In this document: positions 58,801 to 64,000 of the stretch, in pieces
Numbering within the stretch: position 1 is the first letter of the stretch
Layout: each line of letters begins with the position of its first letter
Assembly (NCBI RefSeq): GCF_009914755.1
Contig: NC_060937.1
Source: the human T2T-CHM13v2.0 reference genome, Homo sapiens
Direction: 5' to 3' (one strand)
Length of the DNA stretch: 64,000 nucleotides
Program-made: the position numbers and the translations under genes
Notes under the pieces: model-generated
Told to the model about the DNA's origin: nothing
The model's database searches: none
What the model saw: the letters and a program-made list of their open reading frames with translations, nothing else

Positions 58801-59381
58801 TGACAGCCTAACTTCAAATGAGGCTCAAATCTTACTATAATTCTAAGAAACAAAATTTAACCAAAGGCCTACTGAAAGGCCATTCGTAGTTATATTGAAA
58901 ATTTTATTTTCAAATCATTTTAGTAGCTTCGATAATTTTTCAGGATAATTATCAAATAAGTATTAAAAAATAGAATAAATAATACAACAAATCAAAATAA
59001 ACAATACAGCTGAAAGATATATTAGAGTCCCTATCCATATATAGAAGAAAAATGTGTATGCTTTCAAAACTGGTTGAGGTTGTCCATAGCATACCAAATG
59101 CAGAGCAGCGGAAGCTGGAAACTTTAAGCCAGTCATTACTAGGTTGTGCCAGTGAGTTGCAATGAATCAGAGGGCATTCTTTCAAGAAGGTTGTTTCTAA
59201 AGCATACGCAGAGATAACTTTTTAGTCAAAAGAACTATGAATACTCCAGAGTCTCCTTCATTTCGTAATATATAATCAGGAAAGTAAATAAAAGAGAAGT
59301 TAGGTGGAACAGTTAAAATGTCTTTGAATAATTGTGGATTCTAGTATTTACACTGAACAATTGATAACTCTCATTTTGTAG

Positions 59382-61196
<1,815 letters not shown>

Positions 61197-63042
61197 TTTT
61201 TTTTCAAATAAAATGATAGAATTAGAAAATAAAAAAAAAGTAAACTTATAATGGCTGAAAACATATCTAATCTCCTTTTCAATAAATAATGATATGCAAC
61301 AGAAAAAAAATCAAAAGAAATTGGATATTAGCAATTTCACACAGCTCTATCTTTTATAAGATAGATTTCATTTCCTTCACTATGTATGTTATACAAGTAT
61401 AAATATAAAGCTAGATTTTTTATAGTATAGTGCTTCAAATAATTACATATTAGTTACAGAAAAAGTAAGTTATAATTATATGGAGAAACTGTGATTTTTA
61501 GAAGTGATGTTGCAACAAAATTTTTTTATTTTGTTCACATGACTTAATATATTTTACTCCTGCTGGGCTGATGCTTTCGTTATAAGAAAATAAGTAGATT
61601 GTAAGAAACAGACTGATTGATTACACTTACAGAAACCTTAGGGGTAAAGACACAAAAGTAAATCACATAAGTTTAACTGAAAAAATATATTTTTACCAGG
61701 GAACTGAACTTTGTTTTTTGGCTCTTAGTTTAAAAAGCAAGCTAATATTATATAAATTGCATGCGCTAAAGTAAAATTTTTTAAATTGGTGATCTGAATA
61801 ACAAGAAATGTGTTACAAGAAATTGTTCTGTTCTGAAGTGTAAGAAGATGAAGGCTAAAGAAAGTTAATTAGATTGATTTATGGATTGATTTATTGATTT
61901 ACTGATTACCTTCACATCTCTGTAATAAGTATAATTTTCCTTTACAAAACTTTTTTCTTCCCTAGACAAAAAGGGATGCATCAAAATCTTATCTATACTT
62001 TGTTCCCCATTCTTAGAAGCTATTTTGAAATAAAGAGCCATGAGGAATCATCAGCCTCATACAAAGATAACATATTGCTTTATTTTATTTCTGCAGTTTT
62101 TTTGTTAGTTCAAGGGATTGGATATCAACAGTCTAGAGGAATAGTAATATCCGGGCAGATATCCTTAACACATCCCTTCCACCCTTGGTTAATTCCTAGG
62201 CAGCCTATCAGAAGTGTTCAGTTGGGTCCCAAGTGGTTCAGGGATCTCTCCAGGCTCTGACTCCTCAAGGTCATCACCTCTTTGCTCTTGTCTGAGGGCT
62301 CCGGTTTCCATCCTGGGATGCCGGATGCCTCGCATAAGAGTCTTCAGTAGTTTGACTGCTGCCTTTCAGCTCTTGCTGGCCCAGGAACCTGCTTCCTCAG
62401 TTTGTCCACAGAGCATCAACCACAGGATCCCATCCCATTACCAGGCAGGCCAGGCATTTAAAATTTCAACCCGAGCCCGGAGATGCTTTGGATTGTGCAG
62501 CCGTAGGGAGTAATAGCTATGTTTTCACGGTTCTTGGTAATTATATTGAACTTCCTTATTTTAATATTAGGAATATACACTGAAAATTTGTAGGTTAAAA
62601 AAAGAAAAATAAAAACAAATGAATTTACTTTATGATTCCTCTTTAAAAATAATGACCAATAAAATGTAGGTAGAAGGAGCTTTAGTAGTAGCTATAAGAA
62701 GAAACACTTTAAAATAATGAGGTCCCTTATTCCCTTGGACAAATATATTATTCAGATACGAACTGTATCTTAATGCAATGTTTTCCATTTAAAATAACTA
62801 TTAATAAAGTAAATGAATGAAGCATTGGCTCCTTGTTTCCCAAACATGTATATAATACTTCAAATAACAATACCAGTACGTATTTGGTATAAACGTTCTT
62901 TCCAATGATTCTAAAGATTAAAAAAGAAAAGGCTTTCTCTCCTCCTCTTCTCCCACTGCAAGATAACTAAAGAAGGTAAAAGTTCTAGACCTCAGGGTTC
63001 AGAAGAGTATTATAAGATGCAGGAGTTTGGCCTCAAGTTTAA

Positions 63043-63119
63043 TTTTATATTTTATTTAAATATAAATAACTTTATTCAGATTTATTTAAATATAAATAAC
63101 TTTATATTTTATTTAAATA
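63043..63119. repeat. Short AT-rich tandem repeat, ~30-bp unit, ~2.5 copies
   Basis: tttatttaaatataaataactttat repeated. Confidence 0.8.
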
Positions 63120-64000
63120 GCACGCAATGAAGCTGATGCCTATTTTACTGCTTCCTTACCAGAATGTTTCAACTCCAGCAACTGGGTGAAAAGCATCTCA
63201 GATTTCATAGGAAAACAAGGCCCACTTTGTGTACACATATGTCACGTAATCAAATAAACTAGAAAATACTTATATATAAGAAGTGAAGTTATACATATTC
63301 TTTAAATACATATAATAACTGATTAAAAACTAAATTGCTAGTAAACATGATTTAAATCTAAAACATACAAGTGTTAAAAGACAAGGGAAACTATTTTGCA
63401 GTAAGTATTCTAAACAATTTTTCCAGAATTCCAAAGATCCTAGATAAATTTATATACATATGAAAATACAAATATCAGTCTTCACATTCCCACTCTACTG
63501 TTATATAAATTTCCGGTTAAAATATATAAGCCATGGCTTTTCTTTCCAGCTCCTAGAGGCCTAAGATGATGTCCCTGCCTCGGCATGGAATGTCTTCTCT
63601 CCCTCTACCCACCAAATTACTACATCTCTTTCAAGGCCCTTTTCGAAAGCTCTTTTTCATGGAGCTTTCCCCACTGTACAAGTCAGAATTAATTACTTCT
63701 TCCTATGGGCTCTCAAAGCACTTTGAACTTCTAAATGGCAATTACTTTACTCTGCCTTGCACTATTTACATGTTTAAATATGTCTGCCTCACAAGGCTTT
63801 AGGTTCCTTGAAGACAACATCTTAATCAACCTTTTCCCCCGCTACCCCATTGGATTTCTTTCATTCACGTGTACTTAATTATAATTTGGAAAATTGTTAC
63901 CAGTTACGGAATTGCTGCCCAATAACTTTGGGTTAAAAATAACAGAATTGAAATTATTGTTTTTTACAATCCCTTCCAGTCAAATTCTGACTGTAAATGA

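Overview
AT-rich primate genomic DNA, almost certainly human because it carries an AluYb8-type element (40197-40505). I see no recognisable intact protein-coding exon, rRNA, tRNA or CRISPR array. The window is a mosaic of transposable elements: L1PA/L1PB/L1MA/L1MB, Alu J/S/Y, L2, L3, MIR, MaLR and ERV1 LTRs, and hAT and Tc1/mariner DNA transposons. It also contains a full-length RPS10 processed pseudogene and a fossil hAT (Charlie/SPIN-like) transposase segment. I found no evidence for a new multi-gene biological system. The most notable signals are records of genome rearrangement: (1) a 418-bp local templated insertion with microhomology at both ends; (2) a probable ancient L1 3' transduction carrying half a Tigger2/MER8; (3) an AluYb8 with no target-site duplication (TSD) sitting on an apparent deletion; (4) an L1PA with a diverged internal 268-bp tandem duplication. 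There are weak hints that the window is intronic to a minus-strand transcript. Repeat subfamily calls come from my recall of consensus sequences, and boundaries of old repeats are approximate.
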